NCBI GenBank assembly: GCA_964016885.1
Contig: OZ024760.1
Span: 13,330,001 to 13,394,000 of the forward strand
From: Eledone cirrhosa
Taxonomy: Eukaryota
Reading direction: 5' to 3'
Length of the DNA stretch: 64,000 nt
Shown piece after piece: positions 1-12,016 of the stretch; position 1 is the first letter of the stretch, and each line of letters starts with the position of its first letter. A model generated the notes under the pieces. The model searched no databases. It worked only from the letters and a program-made list of their open reading frames with translations, and was not told the origin of the DNA. A program made the translations under genes and the position numbers.

Positions 1-1330
1 ATGCGAATGGATCTCTGTCACTTTTAACGTTTTCTATTTTAGGCACAAGGCCAGCAATATTGGGGTAGGGGAAAGTTGATTAGATCAACCCCAGTGCATG
101 ACTGGTACTTTATTTTATCGACCCCGTAAGGATAAAAGGCAAAGCTAACCTCAATGGGATTTGAACTCAGAACATCAAGGGTTGTAAATTATTTGCCATA
201 AAGTATGTTGTCCGATGCTCTACTGATTACTGTGAAACCGCATAGGAGGTTAGTGAAAGATTTTCTCAGTTTTGACGATGTGTTCCAAATGTTTGATCAA
301 TGGATCAGACTGCTCAAGAAATTAACATCTAAGTGGCCAAGCATCCCACAGACGTGTGAGTGTGAGCCCTTAATGTATTTCTCAGGGAAATAGAGTGTAA
401 CACAGTGTGTGACAAAGCCGGCCCTTCTCTGAATTATAAGCGCAGTCCATCTGATGGGCTCCCCAAAAAGGTTTCTGTGAACCCAACTTCACTCACAAGG
501 CATGGGAGTGACCAGTAACTAGGAGCTTAACAACACTTGCCCAAGATACCACACAGGGAGATTGAACCCAGGACTCCTTCACCATTCAGCCATGTGTGAT
601 CTACAGCTTTCTCTTCAACTTATTAAATGTTGCCTCATTATCACAACATTTCAATTGTTTAGTGAGAGAACTGGGTAACATGTTTGCAAATTCTTAAATA
701 AACAGTAATTAATTGGTGATTAAAATTAATTGGCAACAAAACGCTAATTTTAATATTGATTAATAATGGAAGAGTAACGACTAATTAGGAAAATATGCAA
801 ATTAATAGATAATTATTGTGAGAAGCAACTAAATGGGTCTGGGGTGAGATGGGTTCAGTGCGAGTGTACTTGGTGTGTTTATCGCATAGAATACCAACAG
901 TAGGTTATCGTGCCCCTGATATAACTAAAGAGCCCTCTCAACCCCTTTGGCATGGTTTCTACAGCCGGATGCCCTTCCTATCACCAGTCATCTTACAGGG
1001 TGTACTGGGTACATTTATGATAACTCTAGCAACTAGAGTGGTCATTGTCATTGACTCAACTGAAGATCTCTCTCTATGGACAGAGGTGGAGTGTATGTCA
1101 TGGGCAGGTGCCAAATGGAGAGTGTGAGGGGTGAGATTAGTCCAGCCCATGCTAGCAGGGAGAACAGACATTTAATGATATTGGTGATGATGATGATGAT
1201 GATAAGGAGGAATTCCTTCTAGGTTTCACCAAAGTCAGAAAATGATTCCAATATAAGCAACTAAATAAAAAAAGACTTTATTAAATCTTATATACAAACT
1301 GATATTTTCATATTTGGGCATAATTTATAT

Positions 1331-3986
1331 TTAGACACGTCTTATAAGTTTTTTCTTTCCTGTTCGTCGATATTCTGTACGATCCTGAAGATATTCCTGT
1401 GTACATCTTTCAATAAAATCTTCCTTCTTGTACCTAAAACATATTTAAATATTTTGCCAGTTACTCAGAGAAAGAAAAGCAAAAGAAATAGATGATTCTT
1501 CACTCATTCAAACAGGAATGGTTATTAGAAATTAAGTCTTAATGTCCTGTACCACATTAGCAAGACATTCTTGAAAAGTACATCACCATAACTGAATTAA
1601 TTATATTAGAAATTAATTCTTCCTGACCCAATAAATATAGAAATATGAATTACCCAAAATCAAGGTCCCCATATGCATTGTTGTAGCCTTCAGATAAAAT
1701 ACATTTCCTACATTTTTAAGGATGCTTCAAGCAAACTACAACACCACTCTTAAAAACAAATAAATATATATATATACACATATAGTCACTCACATTTCTG
1801 ATAGGCAGGTATGAAGCAGGGTTGCTTTGTCTCTACACCGAAACGTTAGAAGTAAGCCAGCTTCCTTTGCACAGTTACCAAAATCTGAAATATAATTGTT
1901 GTATATATATACAAATATGTATGTATATGCATGTCTGCGTTTGTATGTATGTTACAACCCTTTGTTGGTTTTGTGCCAAATCTAGAAACAATTAATTATA
2001 TTTTTAACAATTAAGGTCCCCATTTGTATCATCATAGCCTTCTAATAAAATATTTTCTAATGGACAACTAAAAGAGAATTTTCAATCTTACAAACTTTAT
2101 ATAAACACATTCTTCTTTGAATCCTTTTGATGCCATCTTTCTAATGAAAGACACTGCCGAAGATTTTCAAATAATTTTGTAAATAACTAAAAACTTATTG
2201 GGATTTAGTAATATAGTGAACTTCTTCATTATTAAGCTGTTGTTTAGAACCTCTGGGGAAACGTCTTCTGTATTCTGTCTTGGTGTGTATGTTTCACGGA
2301 GAAGCACCAAGGTTCTTAGATAAAGTTTTGAGGGAAAACTTTTAGATAGAGGGTTGAGAGGATTCTTTACCTAGTACACTCCACTACAGTAGTGGCACAA
2401 CACTACTGAATGGTCACACAGTACTACAACAGTGACCACACTCCACTACAGTAGTGGCACACAACACTACTGAATGGTCACACAGCACTACAACAATGAC
2501 CACACTCCACTACAGAATGGTCACACAGTACTACAACAGTGACCACACTCCACTACAGTAGTGGCACACAACACTACTGAATGGTCACACAGTACTACAA
2601 CAATGACCACACTCCACTACAGTGGTCACACTACACTACTGAATGGTCACACAGTACTACAAGTGACCACACTCCACTACAGTAGTGGCACACAACACTA
2701 CTGAATGGTCACACAGCACTACAACAATGACCACACTCCACTACAGTGGTCACACTACACTACTGAATGGTCACACAGTACTACAACAATGACCACACTC
2801 CACTACAGTGGTCACACTACAATGGCTATATTGCAACAGTGACCACACTCCAGTTACAACTAATATAAAACCTGCTAAAAACCTACCCTTCATTTCAGTG
2901 TTACAAAATTCTCTCTTGGCAATTTCTTTCATTTTCTGAGGTATCAATATTTCTTTCTCAACTTTCCGTAACGTTAAATCATTCGGATCACCTGAAAATA
3001 AACAAACATCAAACATCAAATTATCTCTTTATTTCTATGGAAGCCCAGGAAAGATATACCTGGTCGGACGGGGAGAGTTGACAGGTCTGATGTGTGTGGT
3101 ATAGTTAGTTGTGTTAAATACCGTGTGTGTGTGTAGTGATGTAGACATCAGCAACCTATACAATCGCTACCTCAATAATACACACAGGCCCTGACAATGT
3201 GACAAAGGGTTCTCTGTTATACAGAACCCTGGACACACAGGTGTGTGTGATTAGTTTAGTTTGTGAAATACATGTTTGAATTACGTAAATAAAGTAAATT
3301 TAATCAAAATATCTCTTTTGTTTTATTACTGACAATTATGGGGGGGGGGGGCTGAATTAACGAGAAAGTCCGGGCTGGAACAGTGAAATGTCCCCGAAAA
3401 AGTAAAAACAAAAAGTCTCTGAAAGAGTTGACCAAAACAAGGAAGGAGAGTTTAAAATGATGTTCTTAGCTATACTGACGAGGTGGACATTGTTGGAATA
3501 CTTTTGTTCATAGTTTTACTCGGTGAGGACAGACATTGGGTTACCGTCCGACGAGGGACATCTCCCACTAACTTTGAGGTGGGTGAGCGATGTCTTCTCT
3601 TGCGAAAATGGGTATAGCTTTCAATTATGTAAAATCTCCCCATTTTGCCTCATTTCTCCCCATTTAGGGGCACTTTTTTTTTCAGGGTACTCCCCGTTTC
3701 TATTTTTAGAGGTTGGCAGGTCTGAATTATTATAAATATTAGAGTAAATATGTGTCTGGTGTTGTGACATTGACCAAAGAGAATTAGACAAACAACAACA
3801 AATAAGCCATAAATTATTGCAATATTTAAACAATGTCAACCCCCACAGCTACCAATTTTTTAACCCTACGAATCAGCATGACAAATAGATAATTCAAGCG
3901 CTGAATAATTTACCTAAGCCGAAAGGTCCTTTAGAATATTTATCTTTTAATACTCCGTACTGTTCGTCCTGATAAACGTTAGCCAT
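1331..3986 (-). CDS. CMC1: COX assembly mitochondrial protein 1 homolog (twin CX9C protein), 4 exons, 123 aa
   Basis: Exons 3986-3914, 2991-2887, 1884-1794 and 1433-1331; all junctions GT-AG and phase-consistent (372 nt). Translation: MANVYQDEQYGVLKDKYSKGPFGLGDPNDLTLRKVEKEILIPQKMKEIAKREFCNTEMKDFGNCAKEAGLLLTFRCRDKATLLHTCLSEMYKKEDFIERCTQEYLQDRTEYRRTGKKKLIRRV*. It has two CX9C motifs plus the LRKVEKxxLIP and EYLxxRxEYRxTG motifs typical of CMC1. A minus-strand AATAAA lies at 1282-1277. Confidence 0.93.
2375..2860. repeat. ~60-bp minisatellite, about 8 imperfect copies, in CMC1 intron 2
   Basis: Recurrent unit CACACTCCACTACAGTAGTGGCACACAACACTACTGAATGGTCACACAGTACTACAACA(G/A)TGAC. Confidence 0.9.
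3544..3724 (-). mobile_element. Truncated MITE of the CAGACCTG(C/T)CAAC-TIR family; a detached terminus lies at 3063-3089
   Basis: Reverse-complement match to the full copy at 16156-16351; ends in GTTGGCAGGTCTG at 3724. Confidence 0.75.
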
Positions 3987-6900
3987 GTTGATTGGGTTAA
4001 GGTGAACCGTCGCTTAAGTTGCTACAAATATATTGAACTTCTACACAAAGTTAAACAAACTTATACAATCTTCAGGCAATTTTAATTACTGAATTTCAGA
4101 TAAATTTCTTTTACTATTATATTGAATGTAACATAATTAATTTCCAGTTGCATTTTTTTCATTTTAATTACGTCGTTATTTATTACAGAGTGGAAATGCC
4201 TGAACGACACAAATTATTTTCTATAATATCTCCTTAAGATCATAGGAAGTTGGGTCTACTTCTAAAAAGAAAAAAAGCAATATATATATATTTGTAAATT
4301 GATGGTGCTAGCTTCTCTATATTTGCTGTTATTCTAAGCGGCTAAGAACTAGAGAGTACGCATATTACAGGGGAAACAACTCCTGCTTTTTATTTAATTT
4401 TATATATATATATATATAATTGTTTCTACTTTTGGCACAAGGCCAGCAATAACCCAGTGTATTACTGGTACTTTATTTTATCGACCCCGTAAGGATGAAA
4501 GGCAAAGTTAACCTCGACGGGATTTGAACTCAGAATGGCAAGGGCCGTAACTCAATGCGTCCGACCCTCTACCGATACTGGTTGATGCATAAATTAACCT
4601 TTTCCAAGTAGAAATGATCAAATCAGAGAGTTGTGAGTGAATTTAAGGTCATATTATATTTCGTTTTTAAAAATAAAAAAATCATGTCTTAAGCTATCTA
4701 TACTGGGTCAAAGAATCTAATTGTCTTTCTTTGGAAATGGAAAAAAAAATCCATGAGAAAGAATGTTTACCTGTTTACCAGATGAGTGGCTTAATCACTG
4801 CAGAATGGTAAAATCGTGATGCCATCAGGCTTCTTGTCATCCCTTCAGTCAAATTCCACCAATTCGAGCTGCAAAGAGAAGCCAGTAGCGTCCAAGCCAT
4901 ACTTAAGGATCTCGCTGAGAACAGCATGCGTGGGATTCAACCAGCTTTTTGATGGCATGTTTCTTGTCTAAAGTCTGACTCAAGCCAGGAGTCTTGTTAG
5001 ACCGGTGCTTATCCTGGTTTCATGGCATGAAGCAACAGAGTACAAGATTCTCTCCACCCCTGGGCAGGGTGCCAGCCCATCGCAGGGTTAAATCTCCAGC
5101 TATTGCTGTGACAAAGACATGTCTAACCTCACAAATGAGATGACAAGGTGAAGGAGATGTTGAGGGATGCTGTGACCAAGAGGAAATGTTTAATCTCATG
5201 AATGAGATGACAAAAAGGAAAAGAGTAGAGAGATGCTGTGACAAAGAGGACATGTCAAACCCATGCAAACATGGACATAAAATGATGATGATGGTGGTAG
5301 AGGTGGTGGTGATGATGTTGATGGCGGTGCCGACGACAACGATGATGATGAAAGCCATAATATACTAAAAAGAACACAAATATAAAATGAACAGTTTTAC
5401 TTTATTTAACATCTTGAAAAATTTAATTCAGATAATTCTGAACATTCCATCAATTTCATTGTGATTTCAACTAATTGAGAGAAGTAAAAAAAAAAAAAAT
5501 TAAATAAGAATGAAAATGAAAAAGAAAAAAAAAAGAAATGTTTCTTGTGATATGTAATAAAAAATATTTATAATTCGTTTAAAAACTTTCATTTGATTTT
5601 AATTTGTTTGATTGAAAATTAAAAATGGAATCTTATTTCTTTTATTCTTGAGGTAAAAACAGAAAAGTTTAAAATAAAATTGGTAATAAAATAAATTTTA
5701 TAAACATTTAGTATGATGTATACACACACACATATATATATATGTGCATGTTTGTGTATACGTGTGTGTGTATATCTATCTACAGATGGATACACACAGA
5801 CACACCAACAAATGGAGCAGTGGGGGAGGAATATCGTTTGACAATACTTGACCTAAATGCCTGGCTCAAAACACGATCAAATTTCTGCCAAACAATGAAT
5901 GGAAATTATTGCAAAATGAGGTGTGGGGGCACTTCAGTAGGCTCTTTAAAGCCAGAGCTAACTCTTTTCTTAAGGTGTTGTTGCTGTTTAGTTCATTTCT
6001 GAGTGTGGTGATTTGTGATCAAAAGCATTCCAGTCATGATGACTATCCTGTTATATTTAGTAAAACAGAAGGGGTGTGATTTGAGGGAATTTCCGCTGCT
6101 ATCTATATATATAGCAAAGCAGGCTGTGCAACTGTGTAGGGAGTCGTTTGTTGTAAGTGGATAAAAGAATAAAATGTTCCATATATAGGTTGCCAGTGAA
6201 GCATGGGTTCGACTCCTTGCCAAACACAGGGTCTATTTCTAAACAGCTTTGCGAACTGCGAGGAAGATAGAATTCAGTGAACTGTTTAATGAAAGAGGTG
6301 CTTATAATGGATTCAAAGTGAAAGCCTTTTAGCTCAGCTCAACTCCTTTCATTTCTACTCAAAAAGCACTAAGATCATTTAGAATATGGTAGACTATGTG
6401 AATATATAACCAAGTGTTGCATGCAATGGATTTAAACTGGAAACTTGTCAGATCAGCTCATTTCACTTCTATTTGAACATTATTATTGGAAGGATCAAAA
6501 AAAAAAAAAAAAGATTTTGAAAGCTAGTTGTTTAACATGCCCCCCCCCCCCCCCCCCCGTTCGTTAAATGGTTGTAGTTACAGCACACAGGTTGTTTAGG
6601 GATATCTGGACATTTTTTGAGATTGTATTTCATTGGGGGGTTTCTTGGGCTCCAGTTCTATCATGTGACCATTTTCCAGAGTAAGGAATTGAACTCAAAA
6701 TGCCCTGAGTCTGAAAGAGATACAAGTCAGCCATTTTATCTGAAGCTCTAACAATTCTGCCAATTCACTGCCTCTGAATTGGTACTTTATTCTATCAACC
6801 CTGAAAGAACGAAAGGTAAAGTCAGCCTCAGTTTTTGTTAGCGGTGGAATTAATAGTTTTAAATTTAGTTATTAGGATATCGTTGGTAGCAGTCGTGTTT

Positions 6901-7344
6901 TCAGATCTGTATCAAGTTTCTATTGCTAAACCACTCAAAACTGGAAGTAGGATTTCTAACCATCTGTCAATATAATGTGCCTTGTCTAGGAAGAGGACAA
7001 CAATTATTTTTTTTTTTTAAAGACCATGATTATGTGGACAGTGGTCCAGCTTGCACAGCATTTCCCTGTGAGCTAAGTTCAAAATTTCAAGTATTTTGTT
7101 AAAACATGCACAGGCTACTGGGTATCCTTTCTTCTCCAAGTATAAACATTCCTCTCTCCATTCTCGCTTTATAATCTGGGTGGGAGTAGATTTGGTGAGG
7201 TGAGGGATGTCTGTGGGAAATTTCATTAAAAAAAAAGAGGAATCTTTGATAGTGAAAAAGTTGGTAACCACTGAGCTAACATTTTAACTTCAATAAAGGT
7301 ACCGCACATATTTCACATTTTAATATGTAAACTGAAAGTGTGAC

Positions 7345-8310
7345 TACTACTTCTTTGCCCACTTATTCCTGGGAGGGCCCTTATGACAGAGTCCTCAAAT
7401 ACTCCTTCCAGTAGGTCTCGTCAGAAGCAACCGTCTCCACTTGATCTGGTTGGATCACCAAACGATACCAGCCAAGCTCATGGATGTTATCCAACCATCT
7501 TGCTCGGGGTCGAACCCTGGGTCTCCTGTCAGTTGGTTTTGTCTATAAAATCTGTCCAGTGACTCTTTCCTGAGACATTCTAACCACATATCCATAGTAT
7601 TGGAGCTGTGATCTCTCAATTTGGAGAAGTATGGCTCTACCTGGAGTGACTCTTTGATCTCCAAGCTATGCACTCTATTGAGTCATGTTACTCCAAAGAC
7701 CCTTTGGAGGAACCCCATTTCAGCCACTTGTATTCTTTCAGTCATAACCCAAGATTCATCACCATAGGTAAGGGTTGGCAGAAATACCAAACTGAAGATA
7801 GTGAGTTTGGATTTTACACCTACCTCCCTTCCTCTGATTACCGAATGCTGAAGCTAATGCATTACTGTATCAACTTCTGCAATTCTTACACTTAATTTAG
7901 CCTCCTGCCTTCCATCCCTTGTGAACACAGCCTCAAAATACTTGAACTTCTCCACCTGCTTCAGTGGAACTCCATTCACATGTAGAGTGTACTGCGCAGG
8001 CTTCCTTGTGAGGATGAATGTCTCAGTTTTTGCAACACTCGGCAGCAAACCTAACAAGTGCATGTGGAAGATCAACTTTTGACAAGCTAAGTAGTACCAT
8101 GTCTTCTGCATATTCCAGCCAACTGATACTACACCCGCCAGTCTCGATAAATGGTTTCACCGTTTATCCAAACCTTAGTACTAAAGCATTTGTATAGAGA
8201 CACCAGGGTAACAAGAAGCTGGCCACTGATCCCATATTCCTGCAGAACCCACAACAGGTCCTGTGGAATATGGCCATATGCCTTTCTGAGGCCTATGAAA
8301 CCTTCCATCG
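7345..8310 (-). mobile_element. Degenerate RTE-clade LINE 3' fragment
   Basis: Broken frames read FIGLRKAYGHIP, LKQVEKFKYFEAVFTRDG and IKESLQVEP...GRPRVRP. The 3' end (CTTTGCCCACTTATTCCTG on +) is shared with the fragments at 35830-36059 and 48820-49450. Confidence 0.75.
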
Positions 8311-8710
8311 TAATTTTAAGAACCCTCATTAAGTTATGTTCCAAACACTAGCTTAATAATAAGAAAGTTAGTTATATTATTAAACCCTCTCTAATTTTTT
8401 TTATTATTTTCAAAATTATAGGAGAGTGTCTTTCACTAGAAATATGGTAACAAAGGGGTTAAAACTGAAAAACAAACACCCACTCTCACCCCTTGTTTTA
8501 TATTCAACACTAATATGGAATTCCTCAAATATAGGGAGAGAGAGGGGCTTATTCTATAACTATACATATAGTTTTTATGTTGATATTCTACAGCCATACA
8601 TATATAATATATATACTTGTGAATATGTCGCACCTTTTCCAATGAAAACGTAAAAAAGCCAGCATGTGACTTATCTAATGGACCTGCAAAAGCTCAGTTC
8701 AAAATGTAAC

Positions 8711-9120
8711 TGTTGTATGTAAAATGGAAGTGTAAATTTTTACATAAGTATACGTGGTACATTGTAAATGTATGTAAAACGGATGTGTAAATTTTTATGT
8801 AAGTATATGTAGTACATCGTAAATGTTGTATGTAAAACAGATGTGTATCCTATACACAAGTACATATGGTATATTGTAAATGTTGTGTGTAAAATTGAGG
8901 TGTGACTTATCTACTTGTGTGACTTATACACAAGGATATATGGTATATTGTAAATGAATGTAAAACGGAGGTATGCCTTATACATAAGTGTATGTGGTAC
9001 ATTGTAAATGTGCGTAAAATTGAGGTGTGAATTATACACAAGTCTATATGGTACATTGTAAGTATTGTTTGTAAAATGGAGGTGTGACTTTTGTACTGTG
9101 CGGCTTATGCACGAGTATAT
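8711..9120. repeat. Degenerate ~55-58 bp tandem repeat, about 7 copies, downstream of the zinc-finger stop codon
   Basis: Unit approximately TGTATGTAAAATGGAGGTGTGACTTATACACAAGTATATGTGGTACATTGTAAA. Confidence 0.8.
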
Positions 9121-9252
9121 ACTGTAGTTTTTATGTTGGTAATTTCTACTTAAAAATAGCCATTTAGTTATAGTTGCCCAGGCAATTGTAACGAGAGAGT
9201 AGATCTGCTTGTTACCGACACGCTACTTTTAATCGATCGTACAACAAGAGTT

Positions 9253-9999
9253 TTAAACAGCTGAAGGAGAGTTGGTTGTGTTGAGCGTGAGCGAGCTGTT
9301 GATTTGCTTTTGAATAGCTTTGTTGTTAATAGCGATAGATGAGTGAGTACTTTGAAGATGCTGGTTCAGAAAACACTCAATTTCAAATGCTTTATCACAA
9401 AACATACACTGGAACATCTGCGGTTTGTTTGGTGTCTTGTGCCGCTCAAAATTGTTTTTGTCGGTGAAATATTTCCCACATAAATTGCACTTGCAATAAG
9501 AAATGCTCGGGTCATTACAGTTGGTTGTGCTTTTTGACCTACTTCCACCTTGTGCATTGGTGTGAATCAGTTTGTGTTGGTCAAGGTTTAGTTTCAGAGA
9601 GAATGTCCGTCCACAGTATTCACATGAATATAACTTCCCGCCCAGGTGTGTTCGTCTGTGTTTGTCGAGGTGATCTTTCCGGTAAAATTTTTTGTCGCAG
9701 AAATTACATTCATGAAGTTTGGCCCCTGAATGAGTGATTTTATGGCGGTCTAGGTGGTCCTTCCGGCAGTAGCCCTTACCACAAAAATCACACTTGTGAG
9801 GTTTTTCTTCCGAGTGAGTGAGTTTATGTCGATCAAGCCTATCCTTCCTACAATAGCCTTTACCACAGAAACCACAAATGTGAGGAAAGTCGGAAGATAT
9901 GTTTATTTTGGGGGGGATTTCAGAAGCCATATGCCTCTTCTCTTCATAATTTTTGTCAGGATAATCAAAGACAAGAGGGTTGCTCAGCAGTTGTGACAT
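9253..9999 (-). CDS. Intronless C2H2 (Kruppel-type) zinc-finger protein, 248 aa
   Basis: The first ATG is at 9999 in an ACCATG context (the track start at 10110 is TTG). Four tandem CxxC-x12-HxxxH fingers with SEEKPH/SGAKLH/LGGKLY linkers are followed by one degenerate finger lacking the second His and one complete C-terminal finger. Confidence 0.88.
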   Translation of the reverse strand: MSQLLSNPLVFDYPDKNYEEKRHMASEIPPKINISSDFPHICGFCGKGYCRKDRLDRHKLTHSEEKPHKCDFCGKGYCRKDHLDRHKITHSGAKLHECNFCDKKFYRKDHLDKHRRTHLGGKLYSCEYCGRTFSLKLNLDQHKLIHTNAQGGSRSKSTTNCNDPSISYCKCNLCGKYFTDKNNFERHKTPNKPQMFQCMFCDKAFEIECFLNQHLQSTHSSIAINNKAIQKQINSSLTLNTTNSPSAV

Positions 10000-11871
10000 G
10001 GTGATTATAATATTAAAGAGTGCAGACAAATATATTAAACAGATTTTTTGGAAAGGATTTACAATAAATTCCTGGATATTTGATAAAATGCTTAGAAATC
10101 CCACTTTCAAAGTGCTTGTGGGTAAATTTTCTTTGTGTGTTTTGTATGAAATAAAATAAAATAAAATAAAATCAAATCATTTGAAATTCTAAAAAGTCCT
10201 AAATTTCAAAAGTCCAAATACAGTTTTTGGTTAATTCTGGCGCCGATGTTTGGAAGATACTGAAACAGAAAACAAAACAGAAAAAGGTATAAATGTACAG
10301 TCACAGAATTCCTTCTGATAAATATTTACAGGTAAATCAAATGACAGTAAATTTGTATGTCGAGGATGTATGGACCTATAACTCCTGATAGAATCATAGG
10401 GAGGGGGGAGGAGGCAGCGTTGTATTCTATGGCATGTCTCAGACATATTAACCCCAGCAGAACCCATCCAATCTCCTAGCTGATTTCTTTAAGAGAAGGG
10501 AGGAAGAGATATACAGGAAGAATCAACCCAGTACCAAACTGGTACTTTTTTTATCAACCTCAAAAGGATAAAAGGTGAAGTCGATCTTGGCAGGTTTTGA
10601 ACTCAGAACTGAGAGATCCAGAACAAATTCTGGATGTGTTTATGATTATCTAAAAACCTTCCATCATAATATATAAGAACCTTTAATATATGCCCCAAAC
10701 ACCAGCTAAATATAGAGAAAATTAGTTATATTGTAACTCACTCCAAATTCTAAAGTACTTGAAAACCACAGGGTGTCTTTCATCAGAAATATGGTAACAA
10801 GAGGGTTAAACATAGACAGTGTCTTTAATTAGAAATATAGCAGAGCTATGTCTGAAGGGGTTCCAGCCGTGACCATACCGTCTTCGAATAACTACATTAT
10901 TCAATACGTAGGGGTACGATTTGAGGGAGATTGACTGCTATTTTTAGTAAGTCGAACGACCGTATATATACAAGCTTGACTTTATTGATTCGTATATTAA
11001 TAAAATCAAAAATTTTAAATCTTGAGATAATTATTAAGAATCATTAAATAAAAATAAATTCCCATAAAACAATTTTTGAAAATTAAAATTTCCAAGTGAT
11101 ACAATTATCAGAAAAAATGGCTTTTATTGGAAAATTGATAATTAAAATTAGCGATTATCTGATTATATAATTGTTTTTAAATAAATTAATTAAAAATATT
11201 AACATTTTTGGACAATTCTATTTATTCTGTTTTAAAATCGTCAATATTGATGAATTTAATAAAGGTAAAGGCTTGAATTATATCGTTACAAAGTAAACCA
11301 AACAGTGAAATATTGCCAACATGAATTATTCTTCTGCTTTCAGAGGTCAAGTCGTGTCACTAAACAAAACTCAACAAGATCGCAAGATTTGCTAGAAATA
11401 GCAGTCAAATATCACCCTACCATTGAAGGCTTTCATAAGGCAAACAGGGACACGAATGACAATGTAGTTTAATATAGGTCCCTAAAAAAGGGACAAGATA
11501 GCCAAGCCCGGAATGTTTGTATTTATAGAATCTGCCAGCTTATGTTAGGGTTGAATAAAGTCGAAGATGACACACACTCTATTAATGTATTGACTACCTT
11601 TTATTAACTGCGGTTACCTCCTGATTTTACTTGGGATTCATCTATCTACCTTGTCTGTGTGTATATATTATTTTATTAAGGCTAAACAGTAAGTCTTGTT
11701 ACTCTGGAGTTTCGTCTGTTTATCAGACGAACTGTTCTTGTCCGATGACATATATATGTTGTTTTTTTCAATTTTTCCGACACTCATTTGCATACTCACT
11801 CACAAATTTGTATCACCCTCAATTATCTCCACTATCCAGCGAATTTCAACCGTTGAGGTTGTCTTTTTTCC

Positions 11872-12016
11872 GGGTATGTCAATATTTATTTATAAAACAA
11901 ATCTGTATTTTATCTGATGAAAGCGCACCATAATTTACCTTGGTCGCCCTTGAAATATATATAATAAAATAATTATGGTTTTATAAATATAGTTTCCATT
12001 TATTAATATATTGTAT
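11872..12016 (+). mobile_element. Penelope-like pseudo-LTR fragment with a minimal hammerhead ribozyme (family A, copy 1)
   Basis: CTGATGA at 11914-11920, stem II AAGCGCACCA...TGGTCGCCCTT, GAAA at 11952-11955, then TATA-TA. Homologous to the copies at 15.5k, 44.9k, 45.1k, 52.9k and 62.8k. Confidence 0.7.

Noticed and set aside
5990-7340. Possible degraded DNA-transposase relic (ORF 7017-7271)
   Set aside because: Only a vague resemblance to Cys-containing transposase motifs, and no TIRs or DDE residues could be established by eye.
10000-10110. 37-aa hydrophobic N-terminal extension of the zinc-finger ORF
   Set aside because: It depends on a TTG start; the first ATG in good context is at 9999.
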